NCBI GenBank assembly: GCA_009702525.1
Contig: WLHW01000001.1
Coordinates: 1 to 44,313 of the forward strand
Direction of reading: 5' to 3'
DNA length: 44,313 nt
DNA from: Actinomycetota bacterium
GTDB lineage: Bacteria > Actinomycetota > Actinomycetes > Nanopelagicales > Nanopelagicaceae
The position numbers and the translations under genes are program-made. How positions within the stretch are numbered: position 1 is the stretch's first letter; every line of letters begins with the position of its first letter. Below the pieces are notes generated by a model. It was not told the DNA's origin. It worked only from the letters and a program-made list of their open reading frames with translations, and made no database searches. Below are positions 10,342-22,148 of this stretch, one piece after another.

Positions 10342-11354
10342 TTAAATGCACCAGCTTTCCGATTTTTCTCATACAAGAATTTCCATGTGACAAATTCGGA
10401 GTTAGATCGAGTAAAACGTGTATCTCCTGGTGCAACGGTAATGAAATAGAGCCAATCCCCTTCGGCCGGATGCAGCGCTGCTGTCATAGCCAGAGCCCCA
10501 GGGTTACCAATAGGCCCGGGTGGCAGGCCGTAATGTTTATAAGTGTTGTAAGGAGAAGCGATCAGAGTCGATGTCGTACTTAAAAATATCTGACCCCTGA
10601 CGCCTTTGATGTAATGAACCGTGGAATCCATCTGCAAGGGCATTCCAATTTCTAAACGATTTCTTATCACCCGTGAAACTTTAGCGAAATCAGCGTTATC
10701 GCCCTCAGATTGAACGATCGAGGCGATAGTTAAAAGTTGTAATGGGGAGTATGTACCTTTCGCAGCGAGAATTTCTTGGGCCACTGGTTCATTTTCAAAT
10801 CGCGCAACGAAGCGGTTCACAACTTCTGTAGCCGATGTCCCCGATGGGAAGCTGTAGAGAGCAGGGAATAGCAAACCTTCAGCGCTCTTGAAACCTGGCG
10901 GCAGCTCCAGCGCTTTAAAGGCAGATTGAACCTCACTTTTCGTGAAGCCAAATGTGACTAATGATGACGCTACTTCACTCTTCCACTCGCCTTCAAATAT
11001 TGTGATCATATTCGCAAGTCTTGCCGAGTCTAGAAGTTGATTCAGCGCTTGTTGGGATGAGAGACGTAACGTTAATCGATGTGCACCGGGTGCAACTTTC
11101 TGCGAACGAATATCTGCAACTGCGGTTCTAAAATATGCTTGGGATGATTTCACAACACCAGCATCAAATAAAATCTTGGCAATATCACTTCCAGTAGCGC
11201 CAGTTGGTATCTCCACCGTAACTTCAGGATCTGTTTCTTGGAGCTGTCGCGTTTGAAAATTGGCCACTCCAGCACTATTAACGCGACCAAGATGAAGTCC
11301 ATACGTTAGTAAGGCTATAAATATGAGCGCATACGCCAGCGGTCGAATCTTCAT
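10338..11354 (-). CDS. mltG: Endolytic transglycosylase MltG
   Basis: EGLLFP, ASIVQSE, LQMDST, SPYNTY, GLPPGPIGNPG. Confidence 0.95.
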   Translation of the reverse strand: MKIRPLAYALIFIALLTYGLHLGRVNSAGVANFQTRQLQETDPEVTVEIPTGATGSDIAKILFDAGVVKSSQAYFRTAVADIRSQKVAPGAHRLTLRLSSQQALNQLLDSARLANMITIFEGEWKSEVASSLVTFGFTKSEVQSAFKALELPPGFKSAEGLLFPALYSFPSGTSATEVVNRFVARFENEPVAQEILAAKGTYSPLQLLTIASIVQSEGDNADFAKVSRVIRNRLEIGMPLQMDSTVHYIKGVRGQIFLSTTSTLIASPYNTYKHYGLPPGPIGNPGALAMTAALHPAEGDWLYFITVAPGDTRFTRSNSEFVTWKFLYEKNRKAGAFK

Positions 11355-11776
11355 GGTTGATTCTTCTCAATTGATAAAGCAAACTCTAGAATTGCCACAG
11401 CGGCAGCTTGGTCAATCCGTGATTTGGCAGCTTTAGCCGATACTCCAGATTCACGCATGCTTCTGGCTGCACTCACAGTTGACATGCGCTCATCAATAAA
11501 AGAAATAGGGGTATCAGTAATCGTTGCGATGAGTTGTCCAAAAATCTCCACTTTACTTACTGCGCTTCCATTGCTTCCATCCATGTTCGATGGCTTACCT
11601 ATATAGATAGCGATAGGTTTGCATTCCTCAAATAAATTATGCAACGTAACTGAAAGGTTTTTATCACTAGTCTTTAATGTAATCAGTGGCGAGGCGAGAA
11701 TTCCATCTGGATCACATACTGCTACGCCAATGCGTACGTCACCGAAATCGAAGGCTAATCGGCGACCTCTTTGCAT
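11351..11776 (-). CDS. ruvX: RuvX/YqgF nuclease
   Basis: AFDFGDVRIGVAVCD, DERMST, IDQAAAVAIL; follows alaS. Confidence 0.95.
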   Translation of the reverse strand: MQRGRRLAFDFGDVRIGVAVCDPDGILASPLITLKTSDKNLSVTLHNLFEECKPIAIYIGKPSNMDGSNGSAVSKVEIFGQLIATITDTPISFIDERMSTVSAARSMRESGVSAKAAKSRIDQAAAVAILEFALSIEKNQP

Positions 11777-11784
11777 TAGGCGGA

Positions 11785-14457
11785 CTATCCCTTAATTGAT
11801 TGAGAAATAGCGGCAAGCGCTTCCTGTGCCTTGTCTGGATTACTGCCGCCACCTTGTGCGAAATCATCTTTACCGCCGCCGCCGCCGCCGAGTACTGCGG
11901 AGCCAACTTTAACGAGAGTTCCAGCTTTAAGCCCATGTGTCCGCGCCTCATCACTGACAGCTGCGACTAAAACAGGTTTGCCATCATTGACGCTGATGAG
12001 GGCAACTACCGACTTTGCGGCCTTTGCGCGCAATTCAAGTGCAATCTTACGAAGATCTTCACCAGAAATGCCATCACTGAGTGTGGCTAGGGTTGCGGTG
12101 ACACCATTTATGACGGTTGATGTCTTTGCGATTTCACCGATTTGTGCGAAGGCTTGAGCAGATCTAACAGTGTCTAACTCTTTCTCAATGTCTCGCATCT
12201 TATTTAAAAGATCTGAAATTCTCTCTGGTAACTCTTCTGTACGTGCGCCTTTAATAATCTCAGTGAGAGAGTTTAAAAGAATGTGTTCGCGCGCTAAGAA
12301 CTTATAAGCATCGGCTCCAACAAGTGCTTCTACGCGTCGCACTCCCGCTCCGATGGAGGATTCACTCAAAAGTTTAACTACGCCAAGCTGTGCAGAACCA
12401 GAAACGTGAGTACCTCCACAGAGTTCTCGGGCCCAGTCTCCTACGCTGACTACGCGTACCTGATCGCCGTACTTTTCACCAAAGAGTGCCATTGCACCAA
12501 TTTCTTTAGCTTGTGCCTGTGTCATGGTTTCGGCCCGCACCTGTAAATCATCTAGAAGAAGCGCGTTCACTCGTGCTTCAACATCATTGAGAACACTGGT
12601 TGGAACTGCGCCAGTAGCTGGAAAGTCGAAACGAAAACGACCGGGTGAGTTCTCAGAGCCTGCTTGTGTCGCAGTCTCCCCCAAAATTTCACGGAAGGCT
12701 TTATGCACCATGTGTGTTGCGGTGTGCGCGCGAGATATCGCATTACGGCGTTCTACATCGATAGTGGCTAACGCTTGACTGCCTACTTCAAATCCACCGT
12801 GGATCACACGACCGCGGTGAACAAAGATGCCAGGAACTGGGGTTTGAACGTCATCAATCTCAACGCTAGTACCGTTACCAAAAGTGATGAGACCACCATC
12901 TGCGAGCTGACCACCACCTTCAGAGTAAAAAGGTGTGCGATCTAAGATCACTTCAATTTCATCACCTTCTTGTGCACTCTGTACCAACATGCCATCCATA
13001 AGAATTGCAGAGATTGAAGCCTCACTAGACGTGTGGGAGTAGCCAACAAACTCATTCTTACCACTAGCATCGACAACACTTCGATAAACACTTACATCGG
13101 CATGGCCGCTCTTCTTTGCCCGTGAATCGGCTTTAGCGCGATCTTTTTGCTCCTTCATTAAGCGCCTAAAGCCTTCTTCATCGACCTCAAGACCTTCTTC
13201 GCGCGCCATTTCCAACGTTAAATCAAATGGAAATCCATATGTATCGTGAAGTTTGAAAGCATCCGCCCCAGGAAGAATTGCGCTCTTGGTCTTCTTTAGA
13301 CCCGCACTTGCAACATCAAAAATTGTCGTTCCACTCTTAAGTGTTTGTAAGAAACTTTCTTCCTCTGAAACACTCACTGAAAGTATGCGCGCTTTATCAC
13401 TTATAAGCTCTGGGTATTGGGGTCCCATAGCACCAATAGCGGCAACTGTAAGTTCGGACATGATTGGATCCATCGAACCCAACAAACGCATATTTCGAAT
13501 AGTACGTCGCATCATGCGACGTAAAACATACCCACGACCTTCATTGCCTGGAGTGACTCCATCGCCAATGAGCATCGCTGATGTGCGTGCATGATCTGCG
13601 ATAACACGTAAAGAAACATCGGATTTAGGATTAGTTCCATATTTCACGCTAGTTAATTGCGATGCTTTCATTAAAATCTGCATTGTTGTATCGATCTCGT
13701 AAATATTCTCAACGCCCTGTAGCAGCGCAGCCATACGTTCTAAGCCAAGGCCAGTATCAATACTCTTAGCGGGAAGTTCTCCTAGAATAGGGAAATCATC
13801 TTTTCCGCTACCAGCTCCGCGCTCATTCTGCATGAATACTAAGTTCCATACTTCCATGTAACGATTTTCATCGGCAATAGGTCCACCGTCTGCTCCGTAT
13901 GCGGGGCCGCGATCATAATAAATCTCTGAACAGGGACCACATGGACCAGGTACGCCCATAGACCAGAAATTATCTCCCATACCCATGCGTTGAATTCGTT
14001 CTTTAGGTACACCAATCTTCTTGTGCCAAATATCGGCAGCCTCGTCATCATCTAGAAAAACAGTGATCCATAATTTTTCGGGATCGAATCCGTACCCACC
14101 ATCATTAGTTGGGCGGGTCAAGAGCTCCCACGCTAGCGAAATCGCACCTTCTTTGAAGTAATCACCGAACGAAAAATTTCCGCACATTTGAAAAAACGAG
14201 GCGTGCCGAGTTGTTTTGCCAACTTCATCGATATCTAATGTGCGAACACACTTTTGAACTGAGGTTGCTCGCGAATATGGCGGAGTGACTTCACCGAGAA
14301 AATAAGGCTTAAAAGGAACCATTCCAGCGTTAACAAGTAATAAGTTTGGGTCATCGGCTATCAAAGAGGCCGACGGTACAACTGTGTGAGTTAGACCCTG
14401 GCGATTCTCAGACTCGAAAAAGCGCAGCCAGCGCGCACGGATCTCGGCGGATTCCAC
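11785..14457 (-). CDS. alaS: Alanine--tRNA ligase
   Basis: [37 protein letters not shown]. Confidence 0.99.
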   Translation of the reverse strand: MESAEIRARWLRFFESENRQGLTHTVVPSASLIADDPNLLLVNAGMVPFKPYFLGEVTPPYSRATSVQKCVRTLDIDEVGKTTRHASFFQMCGNFSFGDYFKEGAISLAWELLTRPTNDGGYGFDPEKLWITVFLDDDEAADIWHKKIGVPKERIQRMGMGDNFWSMGVPGPCGPCSEIYYDRGPAYGADGGPIADENRYMEVWNLVFMQNERGAGSGKDDFPILGELPAKSIDTGLGLERMAALLQGVENIYEIDTTMQILMKASQLTSVKYGTNPKSDVSLRVIADHARTSAMLIGDGVTPGNEGRGYVLRRMMRRTIRNMRLLGSMDPIMSELTVAAIGAMGPQYPELISDKARILSVSVSEEESFLQTLKSGTTIFDVASAGLKKTKSAILPGADAFKLHDTYGFPFDLTLEMAREEGLEVDEEGFRRLMKEQKDRAKADSRAKKSGHADVSVYRSVVDASGKNEFVGYSHTSSEASISAILMDGMLVQSAQEGDEIEVILDRTPFYSEGGGQLADGGLITFGNGTSVEIDDVQTPVPGIFVHRGRVIHGGFEVGSQALATIDVERRNAISRAHTATHMVHKAFREILGETATQAGSENSPGRFRFDFPATGAVPTSVLNDVEARVNALLLDDLQVRAETMTQAQAKEIGAMALFGEKYGDQVRVVSVGDWARELCGGTHVSGSAQLGVVKLLSESSIGAGVRRVEALVGADAYKFLAREHILLNSLTEIIKGARTEELPERISDLLNKMRDIEKELDTVRSAQAFAQIGEIAKTSTVINGVTATLATLSDGISGEDLRKIALELRAKAAKSVVALISVNDGKPVLVAAVSDEARTHGLKAGTLVKVGSAVLGGGGGGKDDFAQGGGSNPDKAQEALAAISQSIKG

Positions 14458-14466
14458 AGTTGGGGA

Positions 14467-14826
14467 TCACTCAGCCTTCTTCTTGGCACGAGATTTTTTA
14501 GCCGAAGCTGCAGATAAAAGCGCTCCAGCGACCTTAACCGCCGAACCATTTTTATTTAAAAAAGAGTGTGCCGTCTCATTTACTTTGTCCGACAAATCTT
14601 CGGCATTTTTCGTGATCCGATTGAAGCTCTTGAGCGGTCCATTAACGAGAGAGACAGTTGTGTGAACTTCTTCAATCAATGGTGCGGTCTCATCGGTCAG
14701 TGACTTGAGCGAGACCTTGGCCTCATCGATAAAACGGCCTACGCGAATGACAACATAGGCAATAGCAATGGCGATAATGAGCAGGCCACAACTGGCAATT
14801 ATCGTTGCAATTCCACCTGGACCCAT
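14467..14826 (-). CDS. DUF948-like membrane-anchored coiled-coil protein
   Basis: N-terminal TM helix, helical body, basic tail; usual position upstream of alaS in actinobacteria. Confidence 0.75.
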   Translation of the reverse strand: MGPGGIATIIASCGLLIIAIAIAYVVIRVGRFIDEAKVSLKSLTDETAPLIEEVHTTVSLVNGPLKSFNRITKNAEDLSDKVNETAHSFLNKNGSAVKVAGALLSAASAKKSRAKKKAE

Positions 14827-14830
14827 ATGC

Positions 14831-16582
14831 CTAGCCTACCTGAGGCCCGGTCTTAGGTGCGCCATCAATGCCACTCTCTTTACGTTGCGCCGCAGTAATG
14901 GGAGTAGGCGCACCAGTTAATGGATCGCCTCCACTTGCAGTCTTTGGAAAAGCAATAACTTCGCGAATGGAGTCAGAGCCCGTTAATAGTGCGCACACAC
15001 GGTCAAGACCTAAAGCGATTCCACCATGTGGAGGCGGGCCATAGTTGAAAGCTTCAAGTAAGAATCCAAATTTACTTGTGGCTTCTTCATCACTTAATCC
15101 GATTACGCTGAAAACATCTTTCTGCATGTTACGGTCGTGAATTCTTATCGATCCACCACCAAGTTCGGTTCCATTGAGAACAATGTCATAGGCATAAGCC
15201 AATGCACTTGCTGGATCACTTGCAAATGTAGATGCAAACTCCGGCTTAGGGCCGGTAAATGGATGGTGCACTGCAGTCCAACCACCATTATCTGTTGGCT
15301 CAAACATAGGTGCATCTACCACCCATAAAAACTCCCACTTATCTGGAGTGATTAATCCACAACGCTTTCCAATTTCTAATCGCACAGCTCCCAATAAATT
15401 CTGAGATGCCACGCGCTCCCCTGCTGCGAAAAATATTGCATCCCCGGCAACTGCCCCTGTTGCTGCAGCAATTCCAGCACACTCTTGTTCAGAGAGATTT
15501 TTAGCGACCGGTCCACCTAAAGTTCCATCTTCATTAATTAAAATGTAGGCAAGGCCTTTTGCTCCACGAGCTTTAGCCCAGTCTTGCCACGCATCCAATT
15601 CACGGCGCGCAGAGGCTGCACCTTTGGGCATCACAACTGCACCGACATAAGGTGCTTGGAATACTCGGAAGGTTGTCTGTGCAAAATACGTAGTCTGTTC
15701 AGTCAATTCATTACCAAAGCGCAGATCAGGTTTATCAGATCCATAACGAGACATAGCATCGGCGTAGGTCATGCGCTGCAAAGGTAGTGGAATGGTGTAA
15801 CCAACGGCTTCGAGCCAGATTTTTGCGACGATCTTTTCTGCTACTGCCAAAATATCTTCCTGGTCGATAAATGACATCTCAATATCAAGTTGCGTGAACT
15901 CTGGTTGGCGATCTGCTCTGAAATCTTCATCACGGAAACAGCGGGCAATCTGATAGTACTTTTCCATACCGGCGACCATCAGTAGCTGTTTGAATAACTG
16001 TGGCGATTGCGGAAGCGCATACCAACTACCGGGTTGCAGGCGAACGGGAACTAAAAAGTCACGCGCACCTTCGGGTGTTGAGCGTGTCAAATAAGGTGTT
16101 TCAATCTCTAGGAAATCTTCTTGCTCCATCACTCGACGGATCGTTGATGTAACTTTTGAGCGAAGACGTAGATTCGCTGCAGGTTTTTCACGGCGCAAAT
16201 CTAGGTAACGATACTTAAGACGTACCTCTTCATTGATATCTGAGTCATTTCCGCTATCGACTGGAAATGGTAAAGGTGCAGATTCACTCAAGACGACGAT
16301 TGAATCTCCCATAACTTCGATATCACCGGTAGGAATTCCAGAGTTTTGATTGCCATCTGGGCGAGCTAAAACTTCACCTGTGATCAAAAGACACCATTCA
16401 GCGCGCAATGATCCCGCTAGCTTCTCATCACGAATAACTACTTGTACCGAGCCTGAGGCATCACGAAGATCGATGAATGCAACACCGCCATGGTCGCGTC
16501 GTCGCGATACCCAACCAGCCAAAGTAACGCTCTGACCGATATGGGAGGTGCGCAGTGATCCGGCTTCGTGGCTTCTTAGCAT
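14831..16582 (-). CDS. aspS: Aspartate--tRNA ligase, probably non-discriminating (Asp/Asn)
   Basis: RRRDHGG (His typical of ND-AspRS), [26 protein letters not shown]. Confidence 0.98.
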   Translation of the reverse strand: MLRSHEAGSLRTSHIGQSVTLAGWVSRRRDHGGVAFIDLRDASGSVQVVIRDEKLAGSLRAEWCLLITGEVLARPDGNQNSGIPTGDIEVMGDSIVVLSESAPLPFPVDSGNDSDINEEVRLKYRYLDLRREKPAANLRLRSKVTSTIRRVMEQEDFLEIETPYLTRSTPEGARDFLVPVRLQPGSWYALPQSPQLFKQLLMVAGMEKYYQIARCFRDEDFRADRQPEFTQLDIEMSFIDQEDILAVAEKIVAKIWLEAVGYTIPLPLQRMTYADAMSRYGSDKPDLRFGNELTEQTTYFAQTTFRVFQAPYVGAVVMPKGAASARRELDAWQDWAKARGAKGLAYILINEDGTLGGPVAKNLSEQECAGIAAATGAVAGDAIFFAAGERVASQNLLGAVRLEIGKRCGLITPDKWEFLWVVDAPMFEPTDNGGWTAVHHPFTGPKPEFASTFASDPASALAYAYDIVLNGTELGGGSIRIHDRNMQKDVFSVIGLSDEEATSKFGFLLEAFNYGPPPHGGIALGLDRVCALLTGSDSIREVIAFPKTASGGDPLTGAPTPITAAQRKESGIDGAPKTGPQVG

Positions 16583-16603
16583 GAGTGGGTACGGTTCCTA
16601 TGT

Positions 16604-17854
16604 CTAAAGTTCATTGATTAAGGAGTCAATCCTAACCGATGCGGTGGCACCAGTGTTCATCTCTTTTAACTCCACATGGCCACTGGCAATCTCTGAATCT
16701 CCAAGTACCACCACATAGCGCGCACCGCTCTTATCGGCAGCTTTCATCGCTCCCTTGAGTGCGCGATCACCAAAGGCAATCTCGACAGTTTTATTGTCAG
16801 CACGCAGTCCAGCGGCGATAACAAGTGCTCTCTCTTTGGCTAACTCCCCCAGAGGAATAATCAGTAAATCGGAGACAAATAATTCATTGGAGATAACTCC
16901 CTCAGCCTCAGCGGCTAACACTGCGCGATCTATGCCTAAACCAAAACCAATTCCAGATAGCTCTTGTCCGCCAAGTTCCTGCATTAATCCGTCGTAGCGA
17001 CCACCACCACCTATCCCAGATTGAGCACCTAGAAGTTCATGCACAAATTCAAAAGTAGTCCCTGTGTAGTAATCCAACCCGCGGACCATACGGGGATTAA
17101 GTACATATGAAATACCTAAAACGTTCAGATATTTCTTTACTTGTTCAAAGTGAGCGCGTGATGCATCACTTAAGTAGTCCATTAATAGTGGCGCTTTAGC
17201 CATCGCATTCTTCATCTCTTCACGCTTATCATCAAATAAGCGCAGAGGATTTATAGAAGCCCGGGCAGCGGTCGCCTCATCCAGATCTAAAGTTGCTATG
17301 AATTTCAATAGATCAACTCTGTGTGCGGCACGGGATTGGGAATCCCCAAGTGATGTTAAATCTAATCGAAATTTAGTAAGACCTATCGCTCTAAAACCAG
17401 CGTCAGCTATCGCAATTACTTCTGCATCAATTGCTGGATCATCTAAACCGATAGCTTCAATACCAACTTGATAGAACTGACGGTAGCGACCCGCTTGCGG
17501 GCGTTCAGCGCGAAAAAATGCACCTGAATACCAGACCTTGATTGGGAGTGCGCCGCGATCTAAACCATGCTCTATCACCGCACGCATAACGCCCGCAGTT
17601 CCTTCAGGTCGCAACGTTATTGAACGATCTCCGCGATCAGTAAATGTATACATCTCTTTTGAAACCACATCCGTTGATGCACCTACACCCCGCGTAAAAA
17701 GCTCTGTGTCTTCAAAGACTGGAAGCTCCATGAGTGAATAACCCGCACGACGAGCTGGATCAATAAGTGCTTCACGAACAAACTCAAAAACATCTGAACG
17801 TGGTGGCATGTACTCACTGACACCTTTAGGTGCTTGAATCTTTTGCCCGGCCAT
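16604..17854 (-). CDS. hisS: Histidine--tRNA ligase
   Basis: [21 protein letters not shown]. Confidence 0.98.
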   Translation of the reverse strand: MAGQKIQAPKGVSEYMPPRSDVFEFVREALIDPARRAGYSLMELPVFEDTELFTRGVGASTDVVSKEMYTFTDRGDRSITLRPEGTAGVMRAVIEHGLDRGALPIKVWYSGAFFRAERPQAGRYRQFYQVGIEAIGLDDPAIDAEVIAIADAGFRAIGLTKFRLDLTSLGDSQSRAAHRVDLLKFIATLDLDEATAARASINPLRLFDDKREEMKNAMAKAPLLMDYLSDASRAHFEQVKKYLNVLGISYVLNPRMVRGLDYYTGTTFEFVHELLGAQSGIGGGGRYDGLMQELGGQELSGIGFGLGIDRAVLAAEAEGVISNELFVSDLLIIPLGELAKERALVIAAGLRADNKTVEIAFGDRALKGAMKAADKSGARYVVVLGDSEIASGHVELKEMNTGATASVRIDSLINEL

Positions 17855-18516
17855 TAGTAACGTCCCTTAATCGAATTCAAGTAAGGATTATTTTTGCGCT
17901 CCTGTGCCATGGTTGTCGTTCTTCCGTGACCAGGGAGCACCTGCAAATGATCTGATAGCGGCAACACCTTTTTTCTCAACGTCTCATCCATATCTTTAGC
18001 AGAACCAGTCGGCTGATCGGTCCGCCCAATGGAACCAGCAAAGAGAACATCGCCGCTGACTAATACTTCCTCGTTCACCTCAAACATCACCGAACCCCGC
18101 GTATGGCCAGGGGCGTGGATTGTCGTGATTCGCAGACCAACAATCTCGATGACCTCGCCATTGCGCAATTCTCTTACATCACCTGGTTCAACAAACTCCA
18201 ACGCTTGTAATGTCGCAGCAAATTCTGGACTGACCCAGCGATCAGGGCGCAGCAAACTTCCACGATCCTGACTGTGAATGTAGGCAGGGATGTCGTAGCC
18301 ATCGGCTATTGGTCTGATCGAAAATGTATGGTCTACATGGCCATGAGTGGCAAGAACGGCCACTGGCTTCAGTGAGAACTCGTCAAGGATTGCCGAGAGC
18401 TGGTGGCTCACATCTGGCATTCCAGGGTCGATCACTATGCACTCGGAGCCGGGACCGCTGGCTAGAACCCAGCAATTAGTGGCAAACATGGGGGCAGCAA
18501 ATGACTCAACCAGCAT
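17854..18516 (-). CDS. MBL-fold metallo-hydrolase (glyoxalase II-like)
   Basis: THGHVDH, PGHTRGS, GDVLF, PGHG; strong AGGAGG SD. Confidence 0.93.
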   Translation of the reverse strand: MLVESFAAPMFATNCWVLASGPGSECIVIDPGMPDVSHQLSAILDEFSLKPVAVLATHGHVDHTFSIRPIADGYDIPAYIHSQDRGSLLRPDRWVSPEFAATLQALEFVEPGDVRELRNGEVIEIVGLRITTIHAPGHTRGSVMFEVNEEVLVSGDVLFAGSIGRTDQPTGSAKDMDETLRKKVLPLSDHLQVLPGHGRTTTMAQERKNNPYLNSIKGRY

Positions 18517-18557
18517 GCCTACCTCCTATTTCATGCAATTGACGCCTCAAGGCAAAG

Positions 18558-18578
18558 ACAGGGTACCTTTTACCCTGT
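18558..18578. repeat. Perfect 8-bp inverted repeat in divergent promoter region
   Basis: ACAGGGTA-CCTTT-TACCCTGT. Confidence 0.85.
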
Positions 18579-18676
18579 TGAAATGCTCACTTCACGCCCT
18601 ATGAGTTCGCACTCGTAAGGCCAAACGAATACATAGCGACGTTCACTTCGAACAACGCGCTGAAAGGATCACCACC

Positions 18677-19975
18677 ATGACCGAGATTAATCCGATGATG
18701 CAAGCATCAGCAGCAAGTGCGCTGATTGGAGATCCTGCAGCCTTTGGTCGCGTAGGCGACGATGGAACTGTTTATGTTCGTACCAGCAATGGTGAAGTTG
18801 CCGTTGGTTCATATCCCGGCAAGACTGCTGAAGAAGCGCTCACATATTTTGTTCGCAAGTTCGAGATGTTGGCTGCAGAAGTTGCACTTCTTGCTGCCCG
18901 TATCAAGAGTGGCGCACTAGTTCCCTCTGATGCATATGCCGCCGTAAAAAAATTGCGCGAACAGGTCAAGGAACTCAATGGTGTTGGCGACCTCGAAGCT
19001 CTAGCTGCCTCAGTCGAACAGATTGAGCCACTTATCGAAGGTCATCGTGAAGCGTATGAGTCAAAAAAGGCGGCTGAAACTGCAGCCAAGAAAGAACGCC
19101 TAGAGCAGATTTTAGTTGAGAAAGAAAAAATTGTTGCAGAGGCAGAGTCACTTGCTCTCTCTGAAAGTTGGAAAGTTACGGGCGATCGCCTGAAAGTATT
19201 ACTGGACGAGTGGAAGTCAGCGCCTCGCTTAGATAAGAAGAGCGATGCCGACTTGTGGAAGCGTTTTTCATCCTCGCGCAACAAATTTGATAAGCGCCGT
19301 CGTACACATTTTGCAGCACTAGAAGCCACTCAAAGCGTTGTCGCTGATGCTAAAAAGGCAATAATCGCTGAGGCTGAATCACTTGCGACGTCAACTGAGT
19401 GGGTGCCAACTGCTAAAAAGTTTAAGACACTTATGGATGCCTGGAAGGCCTCAGGTCGTGGAAAGCCAAGTGATGATGCAAAGATGTGGGCACGCTTTAA
19501 GGCTGCCCAGGATCAATTCTTTACTGCCAAGAATGCCGATCTTGAAAAGCGCGATACAACGATGGCCGCTAACCTTATTAAGCGTGAGGAGTTAGTTGTT
19601 CTCATCGAAGCATTAGTTCCATTTACACACCTTGACGAAGCTAAAAAAGCCCTACGTGAGCACATGAATTCATGGAACAAGATCGGTATGACTCATCGTG
19701 ATAAGCGAACAGCACTCGATGCGCGCGTTCACGCTGTTGAGACTGTTATCAAAGAGGCAGAGGCAGAAAATTGGCGCAAAACTGATCCGGCAGCGAAAGC
19801 GCGGGCAGGTGAAGTTGTCAAACAACTCGCTGATTCGATTGAAAACTACGAAAAGATCGCCGCTAAATCTTTAGCTGCCGGAAACGCTAAAAAGGCTAGT
19901 GAGGCAAGTGAATCAGCGGCTGCTCGTCGAGTCTGGTTGGCCGAAGCTGAGAAAGCTTTAGCTGAGTTTAACTAA
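18677..19975 (+). CDS. DUF349 domain protein
   Basis: FGRVGDDGTVYV N-terminus; three helical repeats (WKSAPRL..LWKRF, WKASGR..MWARF, WNKIG); next to rel as in other actinobacteria; GAAAGGA SD. Confidence 0.88.
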   Translation: MTEINPMMQASAASALIGDPAAFGRVGDDGTVYVRTSNGEVAVGSYPGKTAEEALTYFVRKFEMLAAEVALLAARIKSGALVPSDAYAAVKKLREQVKELNGVGDLEALAASVEQIEPLIEGHREAYESKKAAETAAKKERLEQILVEKEKIVAEAESLALSESWKVTGDRLKVLLDEWKSAPRLDKKSDADLWKRFSSSRNKFDKRRRTHFAALEATQSVVADAKKAIIAEAESLATSTEWVPTAKKFKTLMDAWKASGRGKPSDDAKMWARFKAAQDQFFTAKNADLEKRDTTMAANLIKREELVVLIEALVPFTHLDEAKKALREHMNSWNKIGMTHRDKRTALDARVHAVETVIKEAEAENWRKTDPAAKARAGEVVKQLADSIENYEKIAAKSLAAGNAKKASEASESAAARRVWLAEAEKALAEFN

Positions 19976-22138
19976 CTAGTTGTTCGTTGTTCGATTGACG
20001 TCATAGACGCCTTCAATGTTTCGAACGGCTCCAAGTACTGCATCAAGGTGCGTTGCATCGGCCATTTCGAAAGTAAATCGTGAGAAAGCCGTGCGGTCTT
20101 TTGACGTACTCACCGATGCGCTCAAGATATTGACATGCTGCTCAGACAACGTACGCGTAACATCGGCTAGAAGTGAGGCTCTATCCAACGCTTCTACTTG
20201 AATATTGACTAAAAATACTGAACCAGCTCCTGCACGCCAACTTACTTTAACAACACGATCTAATTGATTTTCACGTAAATCTGCCGCGTTAACACAGTCA
20301 GTGCGATGAATTGATACACCGCTACCTTTAGTGATGAAACCCATAATCTCATCTCCAGGTACTGGTGTGCAGCATCGTGCCAACTTAACCAAAACATCAT
20401 CGGTACCTTCAACATCGATAGCGTTACTTGATCGACGAGTAGTCGTTGCCCGAGTTGGAAGTACATCCATCGTTGGTTCAGGATGCGAGTCCTCTCCCCC
20501 AAGAACTATGACTAACTTATCTATCACCGATGCAGCCGATACATGACCATCACCTACTGCCGAATACAAACCCTCTATGTCGCTATAACGAAGTTCATGT
20601 GCAAGCTCTAACAATGAATGGCCGGCAAAAATCTTTTGTAAAGGTAAACCCGCTTTTCGCATCTGACGCGCAATAGATTCACGACCGGCATCGATCGCTT
20701 CTTCGCGACGCTCTTTGCTAAACCAGGCCTTAATCTTTGATCGAGCACGTGGACTTTGAACGAAGTTGAGCCAATCTCGACTTGGCCCGGCGTGCTCGCC
20801 TTTGTTGGTAAGAATTTCAACGACATCACCATTGTTTAATCGCGATTCAAGTGGGACTAGACGCCCATTTACCTTAGCTCCAGCGCATCTAATTCCTACA
20901 TCGGTATGGACGGAGAAAGCAAAGTCCACAGGCGTTGAACCCCCTGGCAGAGCGACAACGCTGCCTTTAGGCGTAAAGACAAAGACCTCTGGCGAGCCTA
21001 AATCAAATCGCAGCGACTCTAAAAACTCTGAAGGATCTTCGGTTTCTTTTTGCCACTCATGTAATTGACGTAGCCATAACATTTCAGGTGACGTTTCATT
21101 ATTTTCGTGGCCCTGCTTGTACTTCCAATGCGCTGCAATTCCGAATTCAGCCCGCGCATGCATGTCATAGGTACGAATCTGGATTTCAATAGCTTTACCG
21201 GTGGGGCCGATAACGGTTGTGTGCAGTGATTGATATAAATTGAATTTCGGCATCGCTATGTAATCTTTGAATCGACCTGGTACTGGCGACCATCTGGCGT
21301 GGATTGATCCTAAGACCGCATAGCAATCACGCACATCATCAACTAGCACACGGATTCCGACTAGATCGTAAATGTCGTTGAATTCTCGACCACGCACAAC
21401 CATCTTTTGATAGACCGAAAAGAAGTGTTTCTTTCTTCCTGTCACTGTGGCGTGGATAGCATCCTTGGCCAAATCCTCGGTGACGACATCAATTACTTCG
21501 GCAGTTAGTAAGTCCCGTGACGGAGAGCGCTCTGCTACAAGTCGCGAAATCTCTTCAAACTTTTTTGGCTCCAGTACTTCAAATGATAAATCCTCTAACT
21601 CCCACTTAATCGCGTTCATTCCAAGTCGATGGGCTAACGGCGCATAAATATCTAAAGTCTCTCGCGCTTTTCGCTCGGCACTTTCATGCGTGACGAAACC
21701 CCACGTACGGGCATTATGTAAACGGTCAGCTAACTTAATAACCAGCACACGAATATCTCTGGACATAGCGACAACCATTTTGCGCACGGTCTCAGCTTCA
21801 GCGGTTGGACCATACGTCAGGCGATCGAGTTTTGTAACGCCATCAACTAAGTTGGCTATCTCATCACCAAAATCGTGACGCAGCTCTTTTAGCGAGTAAG
21901 CCGTGTCTTCGACTGTGTCATGTAAGAGCGCGGCGATAACGGTCTCAGAGTTAAGGCCAAGTTCGGCCAAAATCTGTGCGACGGCTACTGGATGAGTTAT
22001 GTAGCGCTCTCCCGATTTGCGGAACTGACCCTCGTGGGCTTTTTCAGCTACAACAAAGGCGCGTTCGACATCTGCACCATTGCTTGTGGCATGGTTTTCC
22101 TTGAGCGCACTAATGACCGGTGCAATCAAGGTATCCAC
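19976..22138 (-). CDS. relA: Bifunctional (p)ppGpp synthetase/hydrolase Rel
   Basis: HD motif LLHDTVED, ADRLHN, YQSLHT, EIQIRT, TGS, CC and ACT regions; start moved to GTG 22138 after secF stop and AGGGG SD. Confidence 0.97.
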   Translation of the reverse strand: MDTLIAPVISALKENHATSNGADVERAFVVAEKAHEGQFRKSGERYITHPVAVAQILAELGLNSETVIAALLHDTVEDTAYSLKELRHDFGDEIANLVDGVTKLDRLTYGPTAEAETVRKMVVAMSRDIRVLVIKLADRLHNARTWGFVTHESAERKARETLDIYAPLAHRLGMNAIKWELEDLSFEVLEPKKFEEISRLVAERSPSRDLLTAEVIDVVTEDLAKDAIHATVTGRKKHFFSVYQKMVVRGREFNDIYDLVGIRVLVDDVRDCYAVLGSIHARWSPVPGRFKDYIAMPKFNLYQSLHTTVIGPTGKAIEIQIRTYDMHARAEFGIAAHWKYKQGHENNETSPEMLWLRQLHEWQKETEDPSEFLESLRFDLGSPEVFVFTPKGSVVALPGGSTPVDFAFSVHTDVGIRCAGAKVNGRLVPLESRLNNGDVVEILTNKGEHAGPSRDWLNFVQSPRARSKIKAWFSKERREEAIDAGRESIARQMRKAGLPLQKIFAGHSLLELAHELRYSDIEGLYSAVGDGHVSAASVIDKLVIVLGGEDSHPEPTMDVLPTRATTTRRSSNAIDVEGTDDVLVKLARCCTPVPGDEIMGFITKGSGVSIHRTDCVNAADLRENQLDRVVKVSWRAGAGSVFLVNIQVEALDRASLLADVTRTLSEQHVNILSASVSTSKDRTAFSRFTFEMADATHLDAVLGAVRNIEGVYDVNRTTNN

Positions 22139-22148
22139 AAAAAAACCC

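Noticed and set aside
11873-11890. (GCC)n trinucleotide run
   Set aside because: Encodes the conserved GGGGG motif of the AlaRS C-terminal domain
22139-22145. T7 tract between the rel SD and GTG as a phase-variation switch
   Set aside because: Too short to call; compatible with an ordinary SD spacer
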